From Octopus sinensis (Eukaryota): a stretch of 64,000 nt of DNA. Of the stretch, positions 49,901 through 63,400 are shown piece after piece. The stretch's first letter is position 1, and each line of letters starts with the position of its first letter. The position numbers and the translations under genes were made by a program. A model generated the notes under the pieces. The model was not told where the DNA came from. It did not search any database and was given only the letters and a program-made list of their open reading frames with translations. Where the stretch lies: positions 49,228,001 through 49,292,000 of the forward strand of contig NC_043013.1 of assembly GCF_006345805.1 (NCBI RefSeq), read 5' to 3'.

Positions 49901-52900
49901 CGCAATGGGCTCCTCGGACTCTGCCCAAGTTACGAACCTCGAGGTCTCTTTCACAAATAAATTAGCATTTACCCCACCTACCTGGTGGGATTTATACAGG
50001 AATTATACTCCTTCTCACAGCCAGGGGATGTCAAGGCCGTCTATTTAGCGCATCTGGAAAGCTTTCCATAAGTTCTTTAAAAACTGTAATCACTCTATTT
50101 CATTCGAAAATATTACTAAAGTAGTCAACTTTTTGAACGAGACTCTTGACTTAGATTCTAACCTCTACTACTCTTACCATAAGCCTAATGATCCTAGGGC
50201 CTTTAAGGTTTGTACCCCGTTTGTTTTTAAGTTAAATATACACCTAAGCTCTTTTTCAAAATTCTAAACTCCAATTTCCTACACGACCATAAGTTTTATA
50301 TAAACCCTCGATTATAATTTCATGCTCCACAACCTCAAACTTGGGATCTGTAACCGCTACTTCAAATAAGTACAAAATTAGCCGCTTGATTACGGGCCGT
50401 ATGAACCACCCTTTTGGCTTCCATTTCAATCGAGTTGATAGCAACACTGTAACCACGAAAAGTCTTACTTTTTACCTTAGCAGTAGCAGGGACACCACTA
50501 ACGCCCCTGCAATTAGTACCATTAACACTAGTAACTACGGCGAAGCGAATGCACACTTTTATACTACTCGAGATTATTCACAAGCACGCCCAAATTCGAC
50601 TCATCATACCTCTTCTACATTATCTAGCAACACTTCTAAGGTTCTAGATTCCAATACTAACCTTCGAAGTGCTGCTTCCACTAGCCTCAACAGTCTCGGA
50701 CCCGGAATAAATACTATCCAAAGAACAGTTATCGATATTCATAAGCTCGACTTACCCCTCCCTGATCATGTAAATCCCTCCCACCTCAATTGTAGTGATG
50801 TTAACACACCTATTTTTTTACATAATAATTTTTTTTATATGTATTTTGTTCTCCATTTAAATGTTTAAAGCCTAATTACGTTTACCTACGTATCTACCGA
50901 CTGACCTACCTACCTACCTACCTACCTAACTGACTACCTACCTACCTACTTACATACCTACCTACCTAACTGACTAACTTCCCCCCACTACGTACCTATA
51001 TACATGTGTGTGTGTATGTGTGTTCGTGCATGTGTGCATGGATAGCTTCTATTTCTTCTGGTATTAATATCTTCTCAACAGTTTTCATTCTATTTACATT
51101 GATCAATCCATTTGACAATCTATAGGCCAGAGTACAATCTCTCGTTCGAAGCCTAGTCACTTAATTTATACATGCGTGTAGCTTTCTATGGATGTTAGAT
51201 TATTGGTGTGTTAACAGTGTTTCTCTTCAATGGTATAATGTATTATAGAACTTGTCTTTATCAAATGTATGAAATCTGTACGTAATAATTTTCCTCTATT
51301 AAATTGTGAAATTATGTTTTTGAAAACTATTCTGATTTTTAGGTTTACGATACCAGTGGACCAAGGACAGTGTAACAAACTATATTAAGACAGAAAGGCA
51401 GCAATATATGTTTATCTCGAACAATGGTCGTCTATATTTCTCAGAAATAGGTGGTCCCGATGCTGGAAAATATTACTGTATGGTTACGTTGTCAGGATCA
51501 GGTCATTTGCAGTTGACCAGCGACCAAGCCCCATCAAGAATAAGCAAAGAGATTGAACTTGAAGTAAAAACAGGATGTAAGTTTAACTATTTTTATAAAA
51601 CAACATTAGAATCTTGATTATTTATTGAGCTGTGAGTCCAACCTGAAATTCAGTTCGAAGATAATTATTTTCTCTTAAAATATTTCATATTTTCACTGAA
51701 ACTAACGGACTGCTTTGATAGTTGTTAAACTATTAAAATATTCATACATATTTATGTTTATTTATCAAAATAGCCTCGAAAGCAAATTTCGGACCAGAAA
51801 TTTTGAATGAATTCATTGCTGTTTTCCCGTCTTTACCAATGATTGGTGATGAGATACGAATGGAATGTTTTGCGTATGGAACTTTCTCGTGAGTTAATAT
51901 TGTTTGCTTTTTCAATCAACACAAGATCACACTTTGTAAGAGTGGGTATATTTTCAACTCTAAAGATATCTGAATATTATTTAGATACCTTATTATAGAG
52001 ATATGAAAGTAGTGTTCACCTCATTGTGATATGCTTTAAAAACAGTGGAAAATAAATAAAAAATAAACAAGGCATAAAAATTTCAGAATATAGCATGTAT
52101 TTGAATTCGCACCTTTTGTAACTTTCGTCTGATGTTTTACATTCAAGAACTATTGACTGATCATAGAAAACTTCTGCATGGATATGATATCTATATCGGA
52201 GCCAAAGAATCCAAATTATAATCATCCATTCTATAGTCTAGTACTACTTTAAATCAGTTTCTTTACTAAAATCTTTACTATATAATGTATGTATCCACGC
52301 TTCGTACATATTCCACAATGTTTCCAGCTTCAAGCTTAAAGTTTTGTCGGAATGTTTTTTTTTTTAATATAGTACTCGGGTAATAATTAGACAGGTAATA
52401 GTCGATTATTCCTTGTCAGATTTAATTATTGTATATTTTAATAATTTTGTTTCATATTGATGCTTATTTTTAATGTCAGGAAAAATTCTTTATCTCTTCT
52501 TTTTATTTAAATAAAAAAAAATTATTCATTACAGGAGTCCATTCATATACAAATGGGAAAAAATTGATGGGGAAATTTCCTCCCGAGCTACACTTTCAGA
52601 CCTCAACCGTGTTCTCACGATCAAGAATGCTCAACGACAAGACGAAGGAACCTACAACTGTATCGTAAATTCAAATGCCCATGGGTCAAAATCGGACAGT
52701 AAAAATTATACGTTACAACTGCAATGTTAGTATTTCCTGTATTTCCTATTTGACTGAGTACTCGATGATTTGAGATATATTTTCTGTTCCATATTTCGAT
52801 GAAAGCAGTTCATGGTAAAAGTAGACATCTGTTACGACGGTCATTTTTAGTTCAATTCCGATCACAGTTGTAGATTTATTTTTATTTGTACATGCAGGAG

Positions 52901-53055
52901 TGGCTGTGTGGTAAGTAAATTGCTAACCAACCACATGGTTCCGGGTTCAGTCCCACTGCGTGGCATCTTGGGAAAGTGTCTTCTGCTGTAGCCCCGGGCC
53001 GACCAATGCCTTGTGAGTGGATTTGGTAGACGGAAACTGAAAGAAGCCTGTCGTA

Positions 53056-53122
<67 letters not shown>

Positions 53123-54195
53123 GTATGTGTGTGTGTTTGTATGTCTGTGTTTGTCCCCCTAGCATTGCTTGACAATCGATGCTGGTGTGTTTACGTCCCC
53201 GTAACTTAGCGGTTCGGCAAAAGAGACCGATAGAATAAGTACTGGGCTTACAAAGAATAAGTCCCGGGGTCGATTTGCTCGACTAAAAGCGGTGCTCCAG
53301 CATGGCCGCAGTCACATGACTAAAACAAGTAAAAGAGTAAAAAAGTATGCATCCCATGTGCATTTGAGAATAGCATGAACATCAGTGTCTCATTTTCTCA
53401 GCTCGATAAATCATATAAGGAATATTTATGAAGTCGTGATTTTAATCTGTTTTTTTTTTCTTTTGCCCTGTCACCGCTCTTGTTCCTTGTCGTGCTGGAC
53501 TGGGTTACCAGGACGGTCTACGCTACCACAGGGAAAGGTATTCAGTAGAAACTGATGAACAAGTTGGAGGACTTGGACTACGCAGATGATCTCGCGCTAC
53601 TGTCACATCGTCTGCAAGACATGCAAGAAAGTCTTAGCATGGGTGACAACTAATCTGGTATTGAGGAAACGAGCGGCGAGCTGGCAGAAACGTTAGCACG
53701 CCGGGCGAAATGCGAAGCCGTATTTCGTCTGCCGTTACGTTCTGAGTTCAAATTCCGCCGAGGTCGACTTTGCTTTTCATCCTTTCGGGGTCGATAAATT
53801 AAGTACCAGTTACGCACTGGGGTCGATGTAATCGACTTAATACCTATGTCTGTCCTTGTTTGTCCCTTCTGTGTTTAGCCCCTTGTAATAAAGAAACAGG
53901 TATTGAGGAAACTACCCTCGTAGCTGCTGCTTTTCTAGCTTTCGCATCATTAATGCTTTATAATAATCATATTTGTTCATGTTTCTACAGCTCGGCACTC
54001 GACACAGACACGCAAATATACGCACACTCACGCAAACACAAACGCACGCACTCACGTGTGTGTGTGTGTGTGCGTGTATGTATATGTGTGAGTATGTGTG
54101 TGTGTGCGTGTGTGTCTGTGTGTCTGTGTGTGTGTGTGCGCGTATGTGTGTTTGTGTTTGTGTGTGTGCGTGTGTTTGTGTGTGTGTGTGTGTGT

Positions 54196-54236
<41 letters not shown>

Positions 54237-57200
54237 CGTGCGCGTGTACAGTACACTGTGAATTCTCCGGAAATTACTTTTCAATAGGCGCAGTATTTTG
54301 TATAGAATTTTAAATAATTCCAACTTTGGTCTTTGATGTTCTAATTCGTGGTACTGGTAATACCCAGTTCCTTCTGAGTTCATTTATACAAATGCCGCTC
54401 TACGTTAGAACAGATATCACTTCTGTACCTAACAACCTTGAATTTCATGCACAGATCTTATTCAGGATCTTTAATCACCTCTACATTAGATTCCATTACA
54501 GCTTTCACTACAGGGTTCCTCTCCACCTGGGAATACAACTTTGTCCTCAGCACAATTCCTTTTTGTAACAATCCTTTTTTTTTTTATAATCCCCTTAGAA
54601 CAAGAACGTTTCTATTTTACATGTTCTTTCATGCTCAAATGCCTTTTTCGAATATTATACCCAGCCTCTTCACTTTTATTACTTTTACTCACAATTTATA
54701 GACTTCGTGACTTCATTCTGACCTTGTACCTCTTTTGGTATGATATTTATTCTCACCAACTTTACTGCTTTCTTCACTGTTTACCCAACTTTTGGATCTT
54801 TTCGGTTTGAACGGCAGTTTTTTCTAGCGGTGTCATATGAAATTGTCACCCATAATTATGACCCTAGAATCGATCTATTGCATTTCAATCTCTTTTAGGG
54901 TTAGGGTTAGGGTTAAGGTTAGGGATGGGAGGAAGGGTATATTTTTTCTTCACAAATGTAAATAAGCCCAATCTGTTTCTTAAACGAGGGACATATTCAT
55001 ACGGCACAGAATGTTTTTTTACCTCAATAGACGTCAGTGATTGGTTGAAATTGCAGAAATTGAAGAAAAAAAACAACAAATATCTTACAAACTATAGAAT
55101 TTTCTCAATAAAACCAAGAGAAAAAGATGTTTTATAAACACATTCTACCAGTATACGAAGTTTAAAATATTTTAGTTACCTAGAAATTATGTTAAAAAAT
55201 GCCGTTCAAACCGAAAAGATCCCAACTTTTTTCTCACCTGTATCACATTCACACCTATACCCTTTCTTTCTTTACACCTCCAATTCTACAAATCCAGTCA
55301 CCCCTATCTAACCACCTGTACCTCATACTATTCTCACTTTTCCCTACCTGACCATCCCTTTACACGGATACCTTCCTAGACATGTACACACCACCCCCGT
55401 CCTCTCTTCCTAACTCTTTCCCATAGAACCACATTCCCATCTGGTCCTCTGTCAAGTAGTTCGTTACCAGGATAGCATTGTAAGCTGGTACATTGTCCTG
55501 GACTATGTGCTCTGGGTTTTTGCAGCGAAGCCTTTACCTGAACTCCCTCAAAACCTCTCCAAATTATTCTTTATTGACCGTTTCGCCAAAGGAAATCCAG
55601 TGTATGCAGATGATGCCCTCGCTGTCAAAAAAAAAAAGCGACTATCCTATTTTTTCCAATGGATTTGCTTTGCCTGGCCGCTTGTGCTAGCGCAAAACAA
55701 AAAAAATCGGCGGCTCATACAAATTAAAACATAAGCAGTCTGGAACATTTCATAAATGTCTGCAGTGTTTTACCCAGTTTATCACGAAACTTAATTGCTT
55801 AATGAGCTTCCAACTTGTCTTCATGTCCTGACTGCATTCTGCAAACTAGTCATCTGTGACAAGCAGTGTTTTGTAGGGTGTGTTCGAAATGTTGTTACAG
55901 CCGTCATCTTCAATCTGGAATAACAAAAGTTAGCAGGTAAGCTTATTAGATGTTAGCAGGTTAAGCTTATCAGATGTATAATAGTGATACACTAAAATTA
56001 CAATATTTTAGGATAGTTATAACTGCGTCTCTTAAAAAAAAGTCTCAAAACTCAATACTATTTTATTATAAGTCTGTATTTATCAATGTGTATGTATTTA
56101 TACATATATGTATACGTTTGTATGTGCGGTGGGAGATTGATAACACGATATAGAATGACTTAACTGGTGTAGTTTCCTTTTCATTCTCCAGCAAAACCAT
56201 ATTTCGTGATAGAACTGAAGTCACAGTTGATCGAACCAGGTGCAAGATTTACGTGGCGATGCATGGCTGAAGGTCGACCAGCTGTAACTTATTCTTGGTT
56301 GAAAGATACTAAAAAACTCGTATCTGGTGGAAACATTCAAATTAATACAAATATGCTTACAATATTGAGAACTGACGAAAAAAGAGACAATGGTATGTAC
56401 CAATGTACTGCAGAAAATTCAAACGGTATTACATACAGCACTGCGCAGCTAAAAATTGCAAGTAAGTAATTCAATAAATGTGATTTTAAATAAAATCAGA
56501 CAAACACTAATTCTACCTTTTCTAGTATAAGCTTTCACGCAGTTATAATCTAGTAATGTATTTGTTACCTCCAAACTAAATGATCTGGATCTTAAAAAGT
56601 ATAATTTCATAAACAAAATCTTGCTAAAAAAATTATTCTAAGATTTAAAAATCTCTGGCGTTTCTAAATGAAAGTTCTTGAAATTATTTCTCATAAATAC
56701 ACATATTTCTTGCGCTAATGAACTTATCTTCATATTTTACTCTTTTCCTTTTTAAGGTTTTGCCCCGAAGTTTATTCAATATCATCTTCCTAGTAGTACA
56801 TTGGCCGCGCGAACCGGTAAAGTATCGTTGAGGTGCCATCCCGATGCCATACCTAAGGCAACGATATCTTGGTCTAGGAATGGTGCTGATTTGGGACTGG
56901 ATAGCAGCCAGTCTACAGGAAGAATTCAAAAATTATTAAATGGCAATTTGTTTATCCAGGACATTACACAAAGTGATGCAGGAGAATACAAGTGTACTGC
57001 AACAAACAATCAAGGAGAAGCATCGCAGTCAACCAAACTGAGAGTCGTCGGTAAGAAATTTGGTAATATGTCATGAGTAGCTTAAAATCTTAAGTATTAT
57101 ATTTTTTACTTTTACTTTTTACTTGTTTCAGTCATGTGACTATGGCCATGCTGGAACACCGCCTTTAGTCGAGCGAATCGACCCCAGAACTTATCCTATC

Positions 57201-57337
57201 GTTTTCTTTTGCCGAATCACTAAGTTACGGGGACGTAAACACACCAGCATCGGTTGTCAAGCGATGTTGGGGGGACAAACGCAGACACACAAACATACAC
57301 ACACACACACACACCACACACACACACACACACACAC

Positions 57338-57420
<83 letters not shown>

Positions 57421-60400
57421 CATATATACGACGGGCTTCTTTCAGTTTCCGTCTACCAAATCCACTCACAAAGCTTTGGTCAGCCCGAGGCTATAGTAGA
57501 AGACACTTGCCCAAGGTGCCACGCAGTGGGACTGAACCCGGAACCATGTGGTTGGTAAACAAGCTACTTACCACACAGCCACTTCTACGCCTATATTATA
57601 TTTTTATGTAGTACTTAAAATTTTAAGCTACTCTTGTACAATATATTATATTAAATTAATTTTAAATCGTTCACCTTTCTAAAAAGTAAAAGTTTAGTGT
57701 GGAATTTCGGTAACACATTAATGTAGATTGAATTTAGTTGCTTATAAATGAAGAGAAGTAAAACATCAACTGTTGAATAGTACAGAATTGAGTTTATGAT
57801 GTACTTTCAAATGTATCAGATAATACTCCCAGGGAAGAGAATTTGGCAATAGGTATAATTGTTGTTTCTGTCGTTGTTGTAACAAGAGTCTGACTGTCGA
57901 ATAACAAATAGTAAAAAAAATCGAAACTTCCGATCTTTGACACCCTTCATATGCCACCAAAGAAGCCCTCCTCGTTTTCTTGGCACATTGCCAAAAGAGC
58001 CTGGAAGCAATTGACTCGTTCCTGCTTCTGAGAAGGTGTGAGCATCCGACGAATCCATCGTGCAAACAACTTCCGCATGTGCATATGGTCGTGGATGATT
58101 TTTTCCACAGACCCTACATTTATTTTCAATTCTTGGGTTAGTTGCCGAATAGTTATACGGTGATCCCCCAAAAATGGCGGCTTCCACTTTATGGATGGTG
58201 TCGTCATCAATGGTGGAATGTGGTCGTCCAAGAATAGGAGCAGTTTCCCTCATGTCCGACCACATTTAAACTGGCAATGCCAGAGCTTGATTATGTCGTA
58301 TGATGGTGCATCGTCATCTTAAACTTCTTTCATCTCATGGAAAGTCTCTTTTGGTGTACGACCTTTCAAGTATAAGAACTCGATCCCTAATCTGCACTCA
58401 ACTGCCTCCATTATCATAGCACCACTAGTCCACTTCATCAGCCGTAAAAGACAAACGAATACCAATGGAAAGCTGCAATTTACAATGTGACATGTAGTGA
58501 CATGTATGATTATACCTATACAAGTTATGTTTCCAGCAATAACCAGAAGTGGCTCAGGGGAAATCTTTAATGAACACCTTCTCGTAGTCTTCGTTGATTA
58601 AAGTTTTCACTTTCAAATAAGTAGCTTCCAATTACGTAGCTCTTGTAAAACTGCTACTCTTTCAAGTTGACAGAAACTAAATTCTCTTATTTTATTTTTC
58701 TATTAAAAAAAAAAACACAGAAAATTTGGTAATCAGCCGCCGACCATCGAACATAGAGGTGATTGTGAATGAAACAGCTTTCTTCTACTGCGGTGCCTCC
58801 TACAATCCTGACTTCGAGATCGTCTACAAGTGGTATTTTAACGGATATCCAATTAACGTAGAAAAAGATGCTTTTTATAGTGAAGTAAGTTGACCGTGCG
58901 TTCTGTTAACTCTGACTTTAACACCATAACTGGTATTTTTCTTGTTTGTTTCCCACCTAAATTAAATTTTTATATGTAAATATTGTCAATCAATGTCTTT
59001 GCCGTTTCTCCATGATGTCAGTATTCCTTTTAATGCAAGGTGTTGTAATATAATTGTCAGGAAAGAATCTTTCAAAAAGTTATCGTAAAACGTGTTAATA
59101 GCGTGCTGCAAATTAGCCTTGATCAAGCAGACATATAATCCAAAGCGGTGCTGCTTTGATAAACTATTTTTTTTAATTCAAGCTTTCTGAAAGGAAGCTT
59201 TGGAGTCGCAACCACCTGCTAGACTAAAGCAGTTTCTGTGTGTGTGCGCGCGTGTGAGTATCTAGACAGGTGGTTCGTAACCATTTTACTGCCACGCCTA
59301 CCTTAGGAATTTATATTTCTCTCCACGTCCCCTTGCATCTATGAATAAAATTCCCTCCCTGACTTTAAATTTAAATACGTTTTAGTCCTTTTATTGAATA
59401 TGAATTAGTCACATTATTAGTGAGATACTTGACACTGCTTCTTAGCTACAAGATCTTGAATGTGTGGTTGAATGCCAGAGAGCGCACAACGTAAGTCCCT
59501 TTCAACGTTCAGCCTGTTTATGTACTGGGTCTTGACGGCAACGATACGTGGGTCCAAACATAGCTAAAATCCGAAGAGCCTGATGTGAGATCAGGGAGTA
59601 AACATGAAGATACTTGATCCAGAACGTTCCAAGATCCAGTTCTTTGAAGTCTTCCTTGGCTGGGGAGTTGAACTTCAGCTCAAGGAACTCCTCTTGCACT
59701 TCATCCAAAACATCAGTCACTTCACACTGAAATGGGATCCTGATGAATTTCCAAGCTTCACGATTTTCATCTGTATCTGGGAAGAATCTGATGAATTCTG
59801 TTTTCAAGTCAGATGAGTAATTGTTTGTTTCTTTAGCTCAGAACCAAGGTTATCGTGAATGAGAGCAGAATCCAAGTAACTAAAGCTGGGACTGTATTTC
59901 CCTGCTAAATTCGACATTTCCAGAGGTCGAATTTGGCCATGGAGGTTCGAATGGTGTCGTGGTGCGTGAGAATGTTGATGATTTTCCATTGTAGCATTCA
60001 ACGCTTCGAAGACGTCAACCAGGTAAGCTAGAGATAGCTGAAAGCCTTCAGATTGGAACTTGTTATGGAGATCTGCCTTCTGTTGCAAATCTAGAAATAT
60101 TGCTATTTCTCGTAGTTCATACAGCCCTCCAAGTATGTTTCCCTTTGATAGCCATTGTATGTTCGTGTGAAAAAGCAATACTCCATGTTCAGATTCCATA
60201 GCTTTACACAGCAATTTGAAAAGACGACTGCTTAAGGCTCCACCTTTAACAAAGTTGACAACATTGATAGCCACGTTCAGGACAGTTCTCATTTCAGTAG
60301 GTAAGGTTCTGGATGTTAGTAATGAATCCAGACTGCAGACCATGCATGGCTGGAGCTCCATCAGTGCACACCCCTACCAGCGAATCCCTCGAAAGATGGT

Positions 60401-63400
60401 TTCGCTGAAAGAAGTTTGATAAATCACGAAAAATAGCTGCTGCTATTGTACAACTGTTTCCTCTTTTACACAGTTGCCTGACACAAAACGAACACATACT
60501 AGTAGCAGAGAACACTGAGCGATATCAGTCGTTTCGTCACACTGGATAGCAAAAACAGGAGAACCTCTTACTTGGTCGAGAATTTGTTGTTTAGTGTCTT
60601 GAGACGAGTCGTCGATCCTTCTCTTGACTGTACAGTTTGATAGTGAAATCTGAGGAAGCATGTTTGCACTATCTTTCCTCAGAACGAGTTCTGCTGCACG
60701 GAGTAGACTTGGTTTTATGAGAGACTCTCCGATGTTATGGCTCTTCTTGCTTTTTGCAATCAACATGGCGATCTCATAGGAAGCCTCAACAACCATTGAA
60801 GTTTGTTGCCGAAATGCACCACTACCATCCAGCTTAGCTTGCTTCAAGGAATATCTTTTTGTTTCAAAGAATGCTTTGGGCTTGTCTGCAAGAGCAGGAT
60901 GTATTGTCCTCAAGTGGCATTCCAAGCGTGACGGTCACATTCCATCATTGCTCAAAGTTTCGTAACATACCACACACTGGGGGACTTCTGTGTCACCTTT
61001 TGGAGTGATACGAATCTAAATCGAATATATTCGTCAAGATATTTCCGTTTCCTTGCACTTATTGCGAATTATTTGATGCACAGTGGACAACACAAATATG
61101 TGAACAAAAGATAAGGAATGTATAAGGTAATATCAAGGCCCAAGTTAGAGCGCTTGGAATAAAAGATTCTGAAAAAAATTAAAACAAAAGAATTTGGAAT
61201 AAAAGTTAAATTAAAAGAAAACTTATAGGCAGGATCTTAACTAGAAAGTTTGTACAAAAGAATATTGTATTTATTTGTACGAAAATATATATAAAAAAGT
61301 TTCTTTAAAACAGAAAAAACTTTGCATAGCTTTTAGTTTCACCTCGTACTTACTGTAATATTTAAATCTGAATTTTAGTTTACATTTGGCTTATAAACAT
61401 TTCATATTAAAAATTTTGGTTTTATTGTTAAATTCTATTATTTTTCCAATCTCTATTTTAATTTTTTGGAGACTTTATTAGATTGAGTAATAGTAGAGCC
61501 TATTACATACTTTTTGTTTTATTTCCTATTTTTAAATATAATATTCTTTTCATCTTGCTAAAATTTAAAAATAGTTTTCAATTTTTTAATTAAGTTAATA
61601 TTTCTTAGTAAGTTACTATAATGATTTGATAATGTTTCTGCTTGTCTCTTGATTTTTAAGAATCACATTATTTCATATAGATGAAAACTGGATCGAACTT
61701 GTTTGTAATCGATTAATTGAAAAAGATGTTTGTCTTAACACGATAATAATATCTAAGTTCTAATAATATCTAATATGTAATAGCAGTAGTTCTTAACCTG
61801 AGTCTTGTTGTAACAAAAAAATTACACAATAAAGGTTACAATGCAGAATTAGTGGGGGTTTTGAGGGATATGAAGGGGTATTGACTAGTACAGTAAATGG
61901 TAAGCGGCGCTACGCTAGTAGAATAAGAAAACTAAAGGTTGCATTTTTTCATAAACTTCTCATTATTTGACCATGTTCTCCTTAAGAGAATAACAAATAT
62001 ATTTAGAGGAATTCTTACCTCTTCTTAAGGGCTCACACCCACCCCCTTGGAAATTACCGTCGCTCCTCATGTTGAGAACCACTGATCTAGACAGACAGAC
62101 AGATAGATAGATTGACTGATTGATTGATTGATTGAAACAAAGAGAACATCTCTGGATAGCTTCACGGAGCTTCTGTTACTGAAGTGTGCTACCCGAAGCA
62201 GCTGTGTAAACACTTTGCAGAATATTTAAACGCCTGAGATTATTTGTAACGATCATATTTTTCGGACTATTCCAACCTCACCTTTACAGTATAGAATTAT
62301 ATTATTTATATCAATACCCATTTCAATTTCTTACTTCTCTGATAGTCATCAGACCTTTTATTTCAAGTTAGATCCAGGCAAAATCTTAGATAGAAGGCTT
62401 TATTCTTAAACCAAGGATAGCAATGTTCTTATAGTGACTTAGTTCATAATGACATACACTCTAAAGTGAGGTAAATAGCTCGGAAAATTACTTTGACGAA
62501 TTGTTTTATAACAGTTTTAGCCTGAAAATTATTCTGTCTTACGGGACAAAATTCTGTTACATCTATGGAAAGTGATTTTGTAAAATAGCCATAAATTTTC
62601 TGTATATGTTTGTGGATATGGCACAGTTGTAAGGAATATTGAACCAGACGAAGTCCTTACTTTCAAAGTTACGGCGTAAGTAAGTGTGGGGTGGAGTAAC
62701 CAGCTCTTTCTCCTCACTACCTATATCATCTAACCAAAGCTTCCTACCAATTTTAGCATCTAATTTCCTGTTGTTGCTTATTTTATTATTATATAGATTG
62801 TTGGGTTTGTAGGATGCTTTTCCATTTGGTATTTTTTCACAACTAAATAAGTTAGGAATCTCTGTATCACTCAAAATTTTATTATTTCCATTATTAATAG
62901 GCGCTAAACTTTCAGGACTAAGTAAAGTAAAAAATCCTGGTCATATCCTGCCTTAGACAAAGCAAAGTTGTAGTGGTGAGAATGGGTATTGAAAATGTCC
63001 TTATTTGCTGATAATTTTGTAATTCTCCTAGAAATACGTTTAACTACCGATTTTAACACATAAGGCTGATTTGATAATTTGCTCACGTATCTCATAACTT
63101 CATCTGGGTTTCTATAGGGGTGGTATAATCCTGAGTAGTGTCTAATAATAATAATAATAGTGTCTAAAAATGTGTCACCTTTGTGCCATATTCATACCTA
63201 AGTTAAAGCTTAATTTTTTTCTCATTCTTTCTATGACTGATTTGTTGTCGCTAGGGATAATAAATAGAGCATCATCTCTATATAAACCTCCCTGTAATTC
63301 CGGTATTTCTCTATTGAGGCGCCTTAAAAGATGCCTCAATAGAGTAAAAAAGAATATAAGAAAACGATTGTAATGTATTTATGAAAAAATGTATACTGAT

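Noticed and set aside
54895-54940. Telomere or telomere-healing site
   Set aside because: Only a few TTAGGG units, at the same internal position in three MITE copies.
59502-60925. Domesticated ZBED5/SCAND3-like gene
   Set aside because: Multiple stops and frameshifts with retained TIRs and TSD indicate a dead hAT copy.
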